NCBI GenBank assembly: GCA_951406725.2
Contig: CATOCA020000002.1
Location: 1,116,001 to 1,180,000, forward strand
Source of the DNA: Octopus vulgaris
Lineage: Eukaryota
Length of the DNA stretch: 64,000 bases
Reading direction: 5' to 3'
Shown: positions 1-11,369 of the stretch, piece after piece
How the letters are laid out: every line of letters begins with the position of its first letter
Position numbering within the stretch: position 1 is the stretch's first letter
The notes under the pieces: generated by a model
Databases searched by the model: none
Seen by the model: the letters and a program-made list of their open reading frames with translations, nothing else
Told to the model about the DNA's origin: nothing
Made by a program: the position numbers and the translations under genes

Positions 1-135
1 TATTTATTACTAAAATATAAAAAGTTTTCAGAAAACAAAATGTGCCAAAATATTACAAATAAGTACTAAACAACACCTAATTTGAAACTTGAGAAATGGG
101 CGGATCGCAAGTTGGCGTTTTTTTAGAAACGGCGC

Positions 136-450
136 TAATGATCTTTTCGCAGGTTCACCTACGGATAGCTTGTTACGACTTTTACTTCCTCTAAGCGATC
201 GGGTTCGGTCGTCTTCTCCGGGCCATCAGAGAACGCGCCGACAACGGTGGAAGAATACGGTCCCGTGGATTAGGTCCGGTTTCTGAGCCATTCGCAGTTT
301 CACCCTCCGTGAACTCCAGTCATCGGTCGCGGGTACATCCACGAGCTTAGGTTCGTTCTTTCGATATCGGGCACGGTAACGTGGCGGAGCTGCTGGCGAA
401 GACAGCCTCTACTTATACTGGCCGTATTGAAAAATACGATCTTCACTAAA
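136..450 (-). rRNA. 18S rRNA-derived fragment (3' terminus plus a displaced 5'-region piece), non-functional
   Basis: TAATGATCTTTTCGCAGGTTCACCTACGGATAGCTTGTTACGACTTTTACTTCCTCTAAG (136-195) is the reverse complement of the 18S 3' end. GAGCCATTCGCAGTTTCAC (285-303) is the reverse complement of the 18S 5' region GTGAAACTGCGAATGGCTC. Confidence 0.85.
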
Positions 451-501
451 CAGTAAGATGATATTTATCACTGAAACTAGAAAAGTTTTCAGAATCAAAT
501 G

Positions 502-642
502 TGTGCCATAATACTTCAAACAGTAACAAAATGATAAATTATACTGTAACGATATTTTCCTGACAAACAATTGTGCCATAATACTTCAAACAGTAACAAA
601 ATGATAAATTATACTGTAACGATATTTTCCTGACAAACAATT
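502..642. repeat. Perfect 70-bp tandem duplication
   Basis: TGTGCCATAATACTTCAAACAG...CTGACAAACAAT is repeated at period 70. Confidence 0.95.
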
Positions 643-2349
643 TTCATATATTTATAGTAAACTGATTGATAATAATATGTTCCAAAATATTGCAAAAATT
701 CATGTAAATGTATATTCATTTGCATTGTGACAAACACCTTGTGGATTTTAAATATAATTAAAGTATTTGTTAGCGATATTAAAAAATATAATTTTCATAA
801 ATTTTTGAGTTTTTTCATAATATCATTTTTCCAATAATAGTAATAACGACCAAGTGTCTATTTATTGTACATGTAGAATTATATGTAGATATAATTCTAC
901 TTGTAAATTGAAAAATTATTATAATTTAGATTATATATGGTATATAATAGATGAGAAGAATTATCGGAAGTTAAATATTAAACTAGACTCTCTCAACATA
1001 TGTATTCTTTCAGGAATAAAAGTTCAGCAGGTCAGCAAATATATTTGTGAGCATAAATATAAATTAAATTGGGATATTATTTGTAGTGCTAAACTATAGG
1101 GAGAAATAATTGACAAATTTAAGTACTTTCATATTAGATTTAAATGATAAAAAAACAACTATAGTATAGATAAATTTCAACATATTTGATATAATTACAA
1201 AATATTTACTTTAAATTTATAGTAACTATTCATTTGAATTCAATAATTTACTATTTTAAATATTTGTTGATGGTGAGATTAAAACAGTTTGAATGGTAAT
1301 CTAATTATCAATCATTTAAACAATCATTTTCGATAAAAAAGTGTCAAAATATTGCATTAAAAATTAAAAGGACGAAATATGTGATTAAAATTGCAAATAA
1401 ATACAAATTTATTGTTGTTTAGTACTTATTTGTAATATTTTGGCACATTTGAAAACTTTTTATATTTTTGTGATAAATATAATCTTATTATCAATTAATT
1501 AAACAAAGATATCAATAAAATCACAAAACTTTTCAGAAAAAAAAATTGTCGGCTGTGAATAAATTTGCGACCATAGTGTGTGTATGTGTTTGTGTATCTG
1601 TGTTTGTCCTCATTGTATGTAAATTTAATTATATATATACCTTATCAAATCACTAAAAAGTAATAAAATATTACAAATATTAAAAAGATATTAACTTATA
1701 TTCTCCAAAAAGATCACTGAAACCACAATAAAGAATAATAAGTGCACACAATTACTAATTCAAATTTGTCATATTTTAGTCCTTATTTGACAGGTTTCGT
1801 TTTCTGAAATCTTTTGTGATTTTATCAATCACTTTGATATATATAATCTTATAAATATAAAACTTTTCAGAAAAAAAAATTTCAAATAATTGCAAATAAG
1901 AATAAAAAGTTACAAAATAATTAATTTAAATTTATTTTTCTGCAATTATTTGCAATAGTTTGACTGAATTAGTTTTATAAAAGCTTTTGATATTTGGATA
2001 AATATAAACTTATTCAATCAAAATATTGCAAAGATATCAATCAGGTTGCATGTTTACGAAAAAGATCACTGAAACCACAGGACCTTATTGCAAATGAGCA
2101 CAAAATTGCTAATTCAAAAATAGTTTTGCACATATTGTGTTTTTACTTAGATTTAATTGATCAATAAATGAATTATTTTCTATAGATAAAAACTTGTTAA
2201 AACAATAATTATTAAAATAGCCAAATTTACGTAAGCAATTGGTTGTCTTTTTAGTACTTATTTGAAATATTTTAGCATAATTTGGTTCCTAAAAGCTTTG
2301 ATATTATAGTGATAACTATTATCAATTATATATATAATATATACCTATA

Positions 2350-4730
2350 TATACATATGAGACTTCAATCTACCCAATGTCAGATGGCCCGAGGGCCTAT
2401 CTCTCCCAGGAATGACAAGATGTGAACGAGGACAGGCGAGGTCCCTCCTGAACCTCATCAACATGGAGAAAGTAATACTGGTTGCAACCAGAGCAGGTAA
2501 CACACTGGATCTCTGCTTCACAAATAATATGGATCTCATCCATAATGTGAAAGGTGACACCAACACTACTCTCGGATCACATGATAGAGCTGACCATGTA
2601 TGGACATGCAGCCTACAAGAAACCCTCAAAATCTTTCCAGCTTCAACTTCAATAAGGCAAACTGGAAACAAATTTAGAAAGCGATCCTCAAACAAAACTG
2701 GCTTGAATGTCTCTCCTCGCCCGACATCGACATGATACTTCAACAATTCATGTCTGTAATGCAAGCCATATTCTACAAATGTGACCCAGAGAGACAAAAT
2801 TATACAGAACAAAATCCCCAGAGAGAGGAAAATTTTAATGTGACGGCGTACAAAAATTTCAAATCGCCTAAACAAACATATTGAAAGCAGTGAAAAGTCC
2901 CGCCTCAAAATAAAACTGTTGGAAATTGAAAATTGTCTGCAACTCTCTCATGGGAAGGAAACAGCAGACAAAGAAGCCTGGGCTATAGACAACATAAAAA
3001 CTAACCCCAGAGCTTTCTACAGGTATGCCAAAGAAACAGCTACGGTGCACTGCTTGAAAAGGATGGCACACTCACAGGAAAACCAATGAGGGTAAGTGAA
3101 ATACTGAATGAACAATTCAAGAGTGTTTTCACTCCACCCCTTGGGCATCTCCAAATCACCAATCCAACTGACTTCTTTACCACTGCAGATATAGAATCAG
3201 AGGCGGCGACGATAAATTACATCAATATAAAGGAATTAAAGGCTATAGATAAAATGAAAATAGACTCAGCTATTAGCCCCGATGGATTCCCGGCAATCCT
3301 CCTAAAAGTATGTAAGAGAGTCTTAGCAAGACCACTGCAGTTCCTCTTTCAGAGCTTCCTTGCAGCTGGCAAACTTCCAAGTAAACTGAAGGAAGGTAAA
3401 ATATGCCCTATTCATAAAGGAGGTAGCAGTGCGGAGGCCAAGAACTACAGACCTATCTTTCTGACCTCACACATCAGCAAGGTCATGGAACGAATAGTCA
3501 GAAGGAAACTAATCACTATCCTTGAAGAAAATGACTTGCTGCCTGACACCCAACATGGTTTCCGACCAGGAAGAAGCTGCTTAACTCAGCTCCTGCAGCA
3601 CTGACTGGGTGCTGAAACAACTGCTCAACCACTTATATGTGGAAGTGATATATCTTGACTTCGCAAAGGCCTTTGATAAAGTCGATCATGGAATGATATG
3701 TCACAAACTGTGTGATCTTGGCATGGTTGGAAAACAAGGAGAATGGCTTCACGACTTTCTGAAGATAGAAGTCAGGTGGTAGCAGCCACTTCCATTAGCA
3801 CGCAAATAGTGAGCGGTGTTCCCCAGGGCACTGTTTTGGGAACACTATTGTTCATAATGGCCCTCTCAGACATGCCCTCAGCCACACGGAAAGCTACGAT
3901 CACAAGTTACGCAGATGATACAAAATTTTAACAGGCAATACAGAACCCTGAAGACACTAAGCACCTGCAATGTGAGCTGGACGAAATATACAAGTGGGCT
4001 GAAATGAATAGCATGCAGTTCAATGCTGAAAAGTTTCAAGCTTTATACTATCAGCATGCAAAACTGAATGCAATACCCAATGAATACACTGGACTCATAG
4101 GGATTGCAATCCAGAGGCACAATCAGTGCGTGACCTGGGTATTCACATGAGTGATGACGCGACCTTTCATGTACATGTTGCTAAACTGACAATGAAATGT
4201 AGACGGCTGGCTGGATGGATTCTTAGAACCTTTAGAACAAGAAACCGTGATAGTCTTCTGGAAGACATTTGTCCTAAGCCACTTTGACTATTGCTCTCAG
4301 CTATGGTCACCATCCAGTATCAAGTTGATCACAGAACTTGAGGCGATCCAACGAAGCTACACGAAGAAGATAGCCTCTATGCAGAATGTAAGCTACTGGG
4401 AAAGACTCAAGAGATTAAAATTATATTCCCTGGAGCGTAGGCGGGAAAGATATGCCATAATATACATCTGGAAGATCCAGGAGGGAAGTGTCCTGAACTT
4501 TGGCATCGAGAGTTACGCAAATGCCAGAACTGGCCGCCACTGCGTGGTGCCTAGGACTCCAAACTTGCCATCAAGATGTAGGACAAGATTCTGTGATAGC
4601 CTGGGCTTCCGAGGCCCACAGCTCTTCAATATCCTCCCGAAGAACCTGAGAGACCTGCATGATGTGGATACAGATGTCTTGAAAATAAAGCTGGATCTCT
4701 TCCGTTCACCTGTCCCAGATGAACCAACTT
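2350..4730 (+). mobile_element. CR1/L2-group LINE, decayed ORF2 (endonuclease C-terminus plus RT)
   Basis: Motifs GNTLDLCFTN, SPDGFP, NYRPIFLTSHISKVMERIV, QHGFRPGRSCLTQL, YLDFAKAFDKVDH, SGVPQGTVLG, YADDTK and LKLYSLERRRER, with frameshifts and stops. Confidence 0.9.
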
Positions 4731-5284
4731 CATGTTTTAAAAGTTTTGGCCTATCCATAATTATTGAAAATGAAAAGTATTCTGCCAATTATTTATGTCA
4801 ATTGCAACCTTACTAATGGGATACATGAACCTTTTATTAAACCCAATTCTAACTTAGAATAAACCGTTCTAGCAATCACCCCCTCAAATTAAAAGATCAC
4901 TAGTCTCTTATCTATCCTGAAGCATTGTGATAGATATAATACAGCATTGCTGAAAGCAGGCTACAAAAGTAAAATATGGTATATACCCAAAACTAATCCT
5001 TCAAATACAGGTGGAACTATTAAGAACAACACCAATAAATTTAGGGCAAACAATAACAACTGTAGGATTAGGAAAAATAGGATATATAAAAACGCATATG
5101 ATAGAGGTGTTGTTAATCTCGGAGCTGTTGACGTTAGTTTAAATAAATTAGCGCACATGGTAGTAATATTAATAATATCAAAACTAATGGTAGGTATGAT
5201 AATAGTTTATTTACGCAATAATTATGGTAATATGACATTATGGTAACATGACAATGACATTGTTAAAGATAGTAAACATGGGAT

Positions 5285-5415
5285 GGAGGAGGATGTATGG
5301 ATGTATGTATGTATGTATACGTATGTATGTGTGTATGTGTGTGTATATATATGTGTGTATATATGTTTGTGTATGTATATATATGTGTATGTATGTGTGT
5401 GTATAGGTATGTGTG

Positions 5416-5469
<54 letters not shown>

Positions 5470-5856
5470 TATGTATCTGTATGTAGGAGTATATATGTGT
5501 GTGTGTGTATGTATATGTGTGTATATATATATATATTTATTGGTGTATATGTATAGACTAGCCTCCTAAAGTGTAGACACGAATCTGTAGGTACGAGTAC
5601 GTATGTGTATATACGTGAACGTATGTAGATGTTTGTATGTATGAATATAACGCGTGCGTACGTGTATGTGTATGAGTGTACGAATGGGTGAATGTACGTG
5701 CTAATGAGTGTGCGTGCGGGAATGAGTACTTGCCTTCTAGTAGACAGACAAATGGACATGCAGCCATAGCCAGGATTCTTAGCCTTAGCGATCAAAGATA
5801 ACAAAAGTAATAAATGAAGATAATAAAATTAAAATTAGGAAATGGGCCTGTATTGG

Positions 5857-5891
<35 letters not shown>

Positions 5892-6002
5892 ATGTATGTA
5901 TGTGTGTATGTGTAGGTATGTATAGGTATACATGTGTATGTGTATGTGTATGTATATGTGTGTATGTATGTATGTGCACACATGTATATATATGTATGCG
6001 TG

Positions 6003-6033
<31 letters not shown>

Positions 6034-6337
6034 GTACATAGGTGTATGTGGGTGTATGTATATATAGGTGTAAATATGTGTATATAGGGAACTAGGTGTG
6101 TTGTGTGTGCATGAGTGTATGTGCGTATGAATATATATTTTTCTGTGTATATATGTATGTGTGGTCGTGGGTATATATATATATATATACATGTGTGTAT
6201 GCGTGCATGCATGGGAGTGAGTGTATGCATATATACGTGTGTGTATGTGTAGACAGGTATAGGCATGTGCATGTGTATAAATTTGTATATGTGGGCGGGT
6301 GTATGTATGTGTGTATGTAGATATGTATGTATGTGTG

Positions 6338-6390
<53 letters not shown>

Positions 6391-6405
6391 ATATATATAT
6401 ATATA
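5285..6405. repeat. Compound microsatellite / low-complexity tract (TA, TG, TATG)
   Basis: Long (TA)n, (TG)n and (TATG)n runs; the Y/I/H/T-rich ORFs here are artefacts. Confidence 0.95.
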
Positions 6406-6869
6406 GCGGGTGAATACAACGACGTGTTCCGACCCGTAAGCTGACGGATCGGCCCCGGCTGGATAGTCACGGTCTAGGTGACCGTCGCACCCCAAGGGGG
6501 TCAAGACTATATTGAAGGCTTGCAGTCGGCAGGTGGATGTCTCAGGGATCGTTCGGCAGGATGCCCGAGACGTCAGCCCGGCGGGTGGCCGCCGCCTTCA
6601 CGCCACCCTGCATTCTCCGTTCGTCCACGCCTCGCGGAGCCGCCAGCGGCAGGCCTGCTCCGGTCGCCCGTTACTCCGCCGCGTTACCGTGCGCGATATC
6701 GCCCACGTACTATGCGAGGACGTAGCCGCAACCGATGCCGGAAGGCGTTCACGAGATACACGCGGTCGATACGGCGACGTGGTCCGTCCCGTAAAATTCC
6801 GAAAGATGACAACTGCGGCTAGCACGAGGTAGAGGCAGGCCTGCGCCGGTCGCCCGTTGCTCCACCGCG

Positions 6870-6870
<1 letters not shown>
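6406..6870. other. GC/CpG-rich segment, possibly rDNA spacer (ETS/IGS)-derived
   Basis: Composition matches the adjacent rDNA pieces. Internal repeat GGCAGGCCTGC(T/G)CCGGTCGCCCGTT occurs at ~6648 and ~6834. No rRNA core motif was recognised. Confidence 0.4.
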
Positions 6871-6900
<30 letters not shown>

Positions 6901-6901
6901 T

Positions 6902-6935
<34 letters not shown>

Positions 6936-6959
6936 ATATACATATATTCGACGTCGGGG

Positions 6960-7344
6960 TGTCGCGCGCGTTTGCGACGATGAAAAACCGCCACTTCCGT
7001 AGTTTCCTCGCTCACTCGATGGAGAAGGGATCGGGCCGTCGCCGAGCGGTGGTTCATTATCTGGTGCGAAGCGCGCGGTGCATGTCGAGCGCCTTTGCGG
7101 GCGCCGGCGCAGCCGATGCGCGACCATTAGTCGAGAACAGTGTCGGTCGGGGAGTTTGATTGGGGCGGTACGTCTGTCAAACGGTAACGCAGGTGTCCCA
7201 AGGCGAGCTCAGCGTGGACGGAAACCACACGTCGAGCAAAAGGGCAAAAGCTCGCTCGATCTCGATTTTCAGTACGAATACGGACCGCGAAAGCGTGGCC
7301 CATCGATCCTTTCCAAATTACAACGGCGAGCTATGCGTCCGCCG

Positions 7345-7380
<36 letters not shown>

Positions 7381-7410
7381 ATGTGGCGGCCAAGCGTTCG
7401 CAGCGACGTC

Positions 7411-7448
<38 letters not shown>

Positions 7449-7490
7449 CGAAGCAGATTTTGCAAAGCGTTGGATTGTTCACCAACTAAC

Positions 7491-7521
<31 letters not shown>

Positions 7522-7548
7522 TGACAGGTTAGTTTTATCCTACCGATG
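6960..7548 (+). rRNA. 28S rRNA fragment (domain V, peptidyl transferase region)
   Basis: GGGGAGTTTGATTGGGGCGGTAC, GAGGTGTCAGAAAAGTTACCACAGGGATAACTGGC, TTTGATCCTTCGATGTCGGCTCTTCCTATCATTG and GGGAACGTGAGCTGGGTTTAGACCGTCGTG. Confidence 0.95.
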
Positions 7549-7683
7549 CATCGCGCGTACGCGGCGCCCCGAGTCGCGTCGGGGTTCTCGGCGTGCGGTC
7601 GAGGCGGCGGCGCGCTCGCAGAGCCGAGGGTAAGGGCTCGAAGTTCTCGATATCGAGCACGAGTGCGCTAAGTGATTCGGCGC

Positions 7684-7768
7684 CGCCGGGGAGTAAGTGC
7701 GATTTCTGCCCGCTGCCCCGAATGTCAAAGTGAAGAAATTCCAAAGAGAGCGCGGGTAAACGCCAGGG
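7684..7768 (+). rRNA. 28S rRNA domain IV fragment, out of order
   Basis: GATTTCTGCCCG...GAATGTCAAAGTGAAGAAATTC...GCGCGGGTAAACG normally lies upstream of the 6960-7548 segment. Confidence 0.85.
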
Positions 7769-7847
7769 GGACGGCAGCCGGACGCGAAGGAGAGCGGCGG
7801 CAACGACAAGCCCGGGCCGCTCGCGGAGCTACCGACGACCTAATCGA

Positions 7848-8490
7848 CGCGCTAGTTAGCAGGCCGGAGTCTCGTTCGTTATCTGAATCAACCAGACGGA
7901 TCGCTCCACCAACTAAGAACGGCCACCGAATCTATAAAGAGCTATCGATCTGTCAATCCTACCGGTGTCCGGACCGGGTGAGTTTTCCCGTGTTGAGTCA
8001 AATTAAGCCGCAGGCTCCACTCCTGGAGGTGCCCTTCCGTCAATTCCTTTAAGTTTCTGTTTTGCAACCATACTCCCCCCGGAACCGACTATGGTTTTCC
8101 GCGCAGGCTCCCCGCCGGGTCATCGAAGCGAACGCCGGCGGAGCGCCGGTCGGTATCTGATCGTCTTCGAACCTCTGACTTTCGCTCTGACGTTTTCGAG
8201 GAAAACGTGCTTGCCACACGCCGTCGCTGCAGTGCGTCTTGCGACGATCCAGAATTTCACCTCTAACGTCGCAATACGAGTGGCCCCGATCGCTCCCTTC
8301 GATCATTGCCTCGTCGTGAACGGAGACCGACGGATGACGCGCGGACGAGGCCATTTTCCATCATTCCATGCTTTTCGTATGCAAGCCGGCGGGGCTCGCT
8401 CTGAGCACTCTAATTTTTTCACAGTGAACGTACCGGCAGCCTCGGACACTCGGCGAAGAGCACCCTCGGAGGAACCGTGTGGGCCGAAAC
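7848..8490 (-). rRNA. 18S rRNA central fragment (about V4-V7) with internal deletions
   Basis: Reverse-complement cores GTCTCGTTCGTTATC, CTCCACCAACTAAGAACGGCCA, CCCGTGTTGAGTCAAATTAAGCCGCAGGCTCCACTCCTGG, GCCCTTCCGTCAATTCCTTTAAGTTTC and AGAATTTCACCTCT. Confidence 0.95.
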
Positions 8491-8594
8491 GACTGGGAGG
8501 TGGACGCGCTACTACCGCTAAAACGCGAACGGCGACGACGCCCAATAGCGCACCCGCCTCGTGGCTCCCGCGCGCGCCGAACCGACTCGCGCCG

Positions 8595-8940
8595 TTGGAT
8601 GGAGCTTAGCCTTGGATGGAGCTTACCACCCGCTTTGGGCTGCGTTCCCAAGCAACCCGACTCTCGGGCCGATGAACACCGCCGATCGCCGCCGGCTCCG
8701 AATGGGCCTGGCACCCGCTTTGGGCAGCCCCGATCGAGGAGACTCCGAACCTAGCCGGGCGAAACGATCGACCGTGTACGACCCTTGCGCCACAGCTCTC
8801 GACGACCGGCGCGGCCGACGAGATTCGGCGTTGGGCTTCTCCCGGTTCACTCGCTGTTACTTAGGGAATCCCGGTTGGTTTCATTTCCTCCGCTTAGCGA
8901 TATGCTTAAGTTCGGCGGGTAATCGCGTCCGAGTCGAGGC
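8595..8940 (-). rRNA. 28S rRNA 5' end (D1 region)
   Basis: TTAGCCTTGGATGGAGCTTACCACCCGCTTTGGGCTGCGTTCCCAAGCAACCCGACTC and TCCTCCGCTTAGCGATATGCTTAAGTTCGGCGGGT (ITS4 primer-site-like). Confidence 0.93.
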
Positions 8941-9389
8941 AGCGTGAAAGAAGAGGTCGCCGCTGCAAATCGATGGCTGCTGCTCATGCTGCTACCGGCA
9001 CCGCTGTCGATTGGCACGAACGCTCGCACGAAAGAGATCCCACAGAGCGAACGCCGAAAGACGAGACGGCGGCGGCGGCAGCGACGGTTGCTCGGAGGGA
9101 CGTAGAGGACGCGGACGGGACGAGGACGTGCGAGACGAGCCCGCGGGCGTGGGGCCTCGCCGTGTCGTTGTTCCTACTACTCCTCCTCTGTCGGGCTCCC
9201 TCCGCGATTTGTCGTCGTCGGCCGCGCAATTCGGGGCGGCGCGGCCGTCGCAACAGCGCTTCGCAACGATGACGGTCTGGCATTACGGGAGACGGACGAT
9301 CGAGCGGCGGCGGCCCGCGCGCATGAGTTATGCGGGGCTCGCGGCGAGCGCCGCCCTTTCCTGTGACTCCCGACTCCCCGCCGCAGCCA
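8941..9389 (-). other. ITS2 (between 5.8S and 28S)
   Basis: GC-rich spacer in the expected position between the 5.8S and 28S 5' segments on the minus strand. Confidence 0.8.
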
Positions 9390-9530
9390 ACGGCCGCGGC
9401 GGACGGCATTTTCGTGTCGTGACCGCAATGTGCGTTCGAGGTGTCGATGTTCACTGAGTCCTGCAATTCGCATCAGTTCACGCGGATAGCCGCGCTCTTC
9501 ATCGACGGACGAGCCGAGTGATCCCCCGAT
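9390..9530 (-). rRNA. 5.8S rRNA (divergent)
   Basis: Minus strand reads GGATCACTCGGCTCGTCCGTCGATGAAGAGCGCGGC...GAATTGCAGGACTCAGTGAACATCGACACCTCGAACGCACATTGCGG. Confidence 0.92.
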
Positions 9531-9656
9531 ACACACTACACGTACTGAAGGAAAGCAGTATTATAACTATAATCCTACTATTATAACTATAATATATCTA
9601 ATTTTAATGATAGTATGAATGATAAAAATATTTTAAAAAATTTCAATTAAAGATCC

Positions 9657-10730
9657 TGTGCTCCATATTCATTCATCGAGCAGCGATGGCCGAAGCTAAG
9701 AATTTCTTTTCACTTCTTAACCACTCGTACTACATTCGCCCCTAACACTAAAAAATGTATTATCTATTTACTAATCTGCTTGTTGTTTCTTTTCGTGAGC
9801 TAAGCTTTTGATATTGTCTCCCAAAAATATAATCTTTTCATTTTTAGTTCTATCTCGTTATAATTCGTCCCTATGTGCTGATAATTTCTTCTTTCTTTCT
9901 CCATATACTTTGTCCTTTCTTCGCTCTCTATGATAATTTGTCCGTTGTCTATGACATTGTTTCTTCAAACCCCGTTTGACTAATTCTTCTCTTTCAATAC
10001 ATCTGCCGCTCTCTCCTGAATCAAACTTTGCCATTTCGCAGTCTGTTTTCTTAAACTCTTTACTACTTCCGTCTGCCCCTTAACTCAAACCCTCTTCCGG
10101 TCAGTCTATACTTAAAAAGACACCCCCTTGTGCTCCATATTCATTCATCGAGCAGCGATGGCCAAAGCTAGATAAGCAAAGAATTCCTTTTCACTTCTTG
10201 ACCACTCGTACTACATTCGCCACTAACACTTAAAATGTATTATCTATTTACTAATCTGCTTGTTGTTTCTTTTCGTGAGATAAGCTGTTGATATTGTCTC
10301 GCAAAAATATAATATTTTCACTTTTAATCCTATCTAGTAATAATTCGTCCCTATGTGCTGATAATTTCTTCTTTCTTTCTTCCTTTCTCCATATTACTTT
10401 GTCCTTTTTTCGCTCTCTACACTAATTTGTCCGTTGTCTATGACATTGTTTCTTCAAACCCCGTTTGCCTAATTCTTCTCTTTCCATACATCTGCCGCTC
10501 TCTCCTGAATCAAACTTTGCCATTTTCTTAAACTCTTTACTACTTCCGTCTGCCCCTTAACTCAAACCCTCTTCCGGTCAGTCTATACTTAAAAAGACAC
10601 CCCCATGTGCTCCATATTCATTCATCGAGCAGCGACCGCCGAAGTAAGATAAGCTAAGAATTTCTTTTCACTTCTTGACCACTCGTACTACATTTGCCGC
10701 TCTATCCTGAATCAAACTTCGCCATTCGCA
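9657..10730. repeat. Tandem repeat, ~472-477 bp unit, ~2.2 copies
   Basis: TGTGCTCCATATTCATTCATCGAGCAGCGA starts at 9657, 10129 and 10606; unit bodies align with small indels. Confidence 0.92.
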
Positions 10731-11369
10731 GTGCACCCGCCCTTTTCCACCTCCACCACCAATACCAGATATCTCTCTATATATTTTTCCATCTCTACCG
10801 GATATCCCTTTTCCCACCACCATTATGGGTGTCTACTCCTCGAAATACGCTATTTCACTATATATTACCCCTGCTTATCTTCCCCTCCTTCCAGTTCTCC
10901 CCCTCTCGTGATATCCTACGTTTAATTTTGTCTAGAACCTGCCACCACCCCTACCTTTCATCGTTTCTCCTACCATCCCTCCCCACTGGTGCTCCCCTAT
11001 ATTACCTGCACTCTCTCCCCCATTTCCTCCCCCACTCTCTTCTCCCTGCTGGAACCCCCCACCCCACCCCATCTCTAGAATATCCATGTTTCTGCTACAC
11101 TGCTTAAACCACGTTGCTCAATGACCATAATGCTTGCTTAGAATACTACTAACACCTAGAATTTCAGTATTTCTACCACAGAGCTTACATCTACATCATC
11201 AATGACCTTAATGCTTATGCTTACAATGTTGCTAACACCAGCCCCTGCCTACGACAGGGGCCAGAACCTTAACATGCCTAAATGCTTGAATGTTGTCAGG
11301 TCGGAAGAGAGGTCAGACGAAAAATGCCTAAAAACGATCACCACCACCACAACAACCCTCTTCTTTTCA

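Larger units (their letters stand above)
1..2330. repeat. AT-rich degenerate repeat array with units in both orientations (foldback-like)
   Basis: Motif AAAAGTTTTCAGAAAA...TGTGCCAAAATATTACAAATAAGTACTAAACAACA at 1-75 recurs as a near-identical reverse complement at 1413-1479. More diverged copies lie at ~465-520, 1780-1850, 1860-1920, 1930-2010 and 2243-2320. Confidence 0.7.

Noticed and set aside
5238-6504. Long ORFs rich in Y/I/H/T/V/C/M
   Set aside because: Translations of (TA)n/(TG)n microsatellites.
7684-7800. Possible R2 insertion at the 28S target
   Set aside because: The fragment stops before the TTAAGGTAGC target and no R2 sequence follows.
6478-9536. Many overlapping R/A/G-rich ORFs
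   Set aside because: Stop-poor GC-rich rDNA and spacer sequence, not protein coding.
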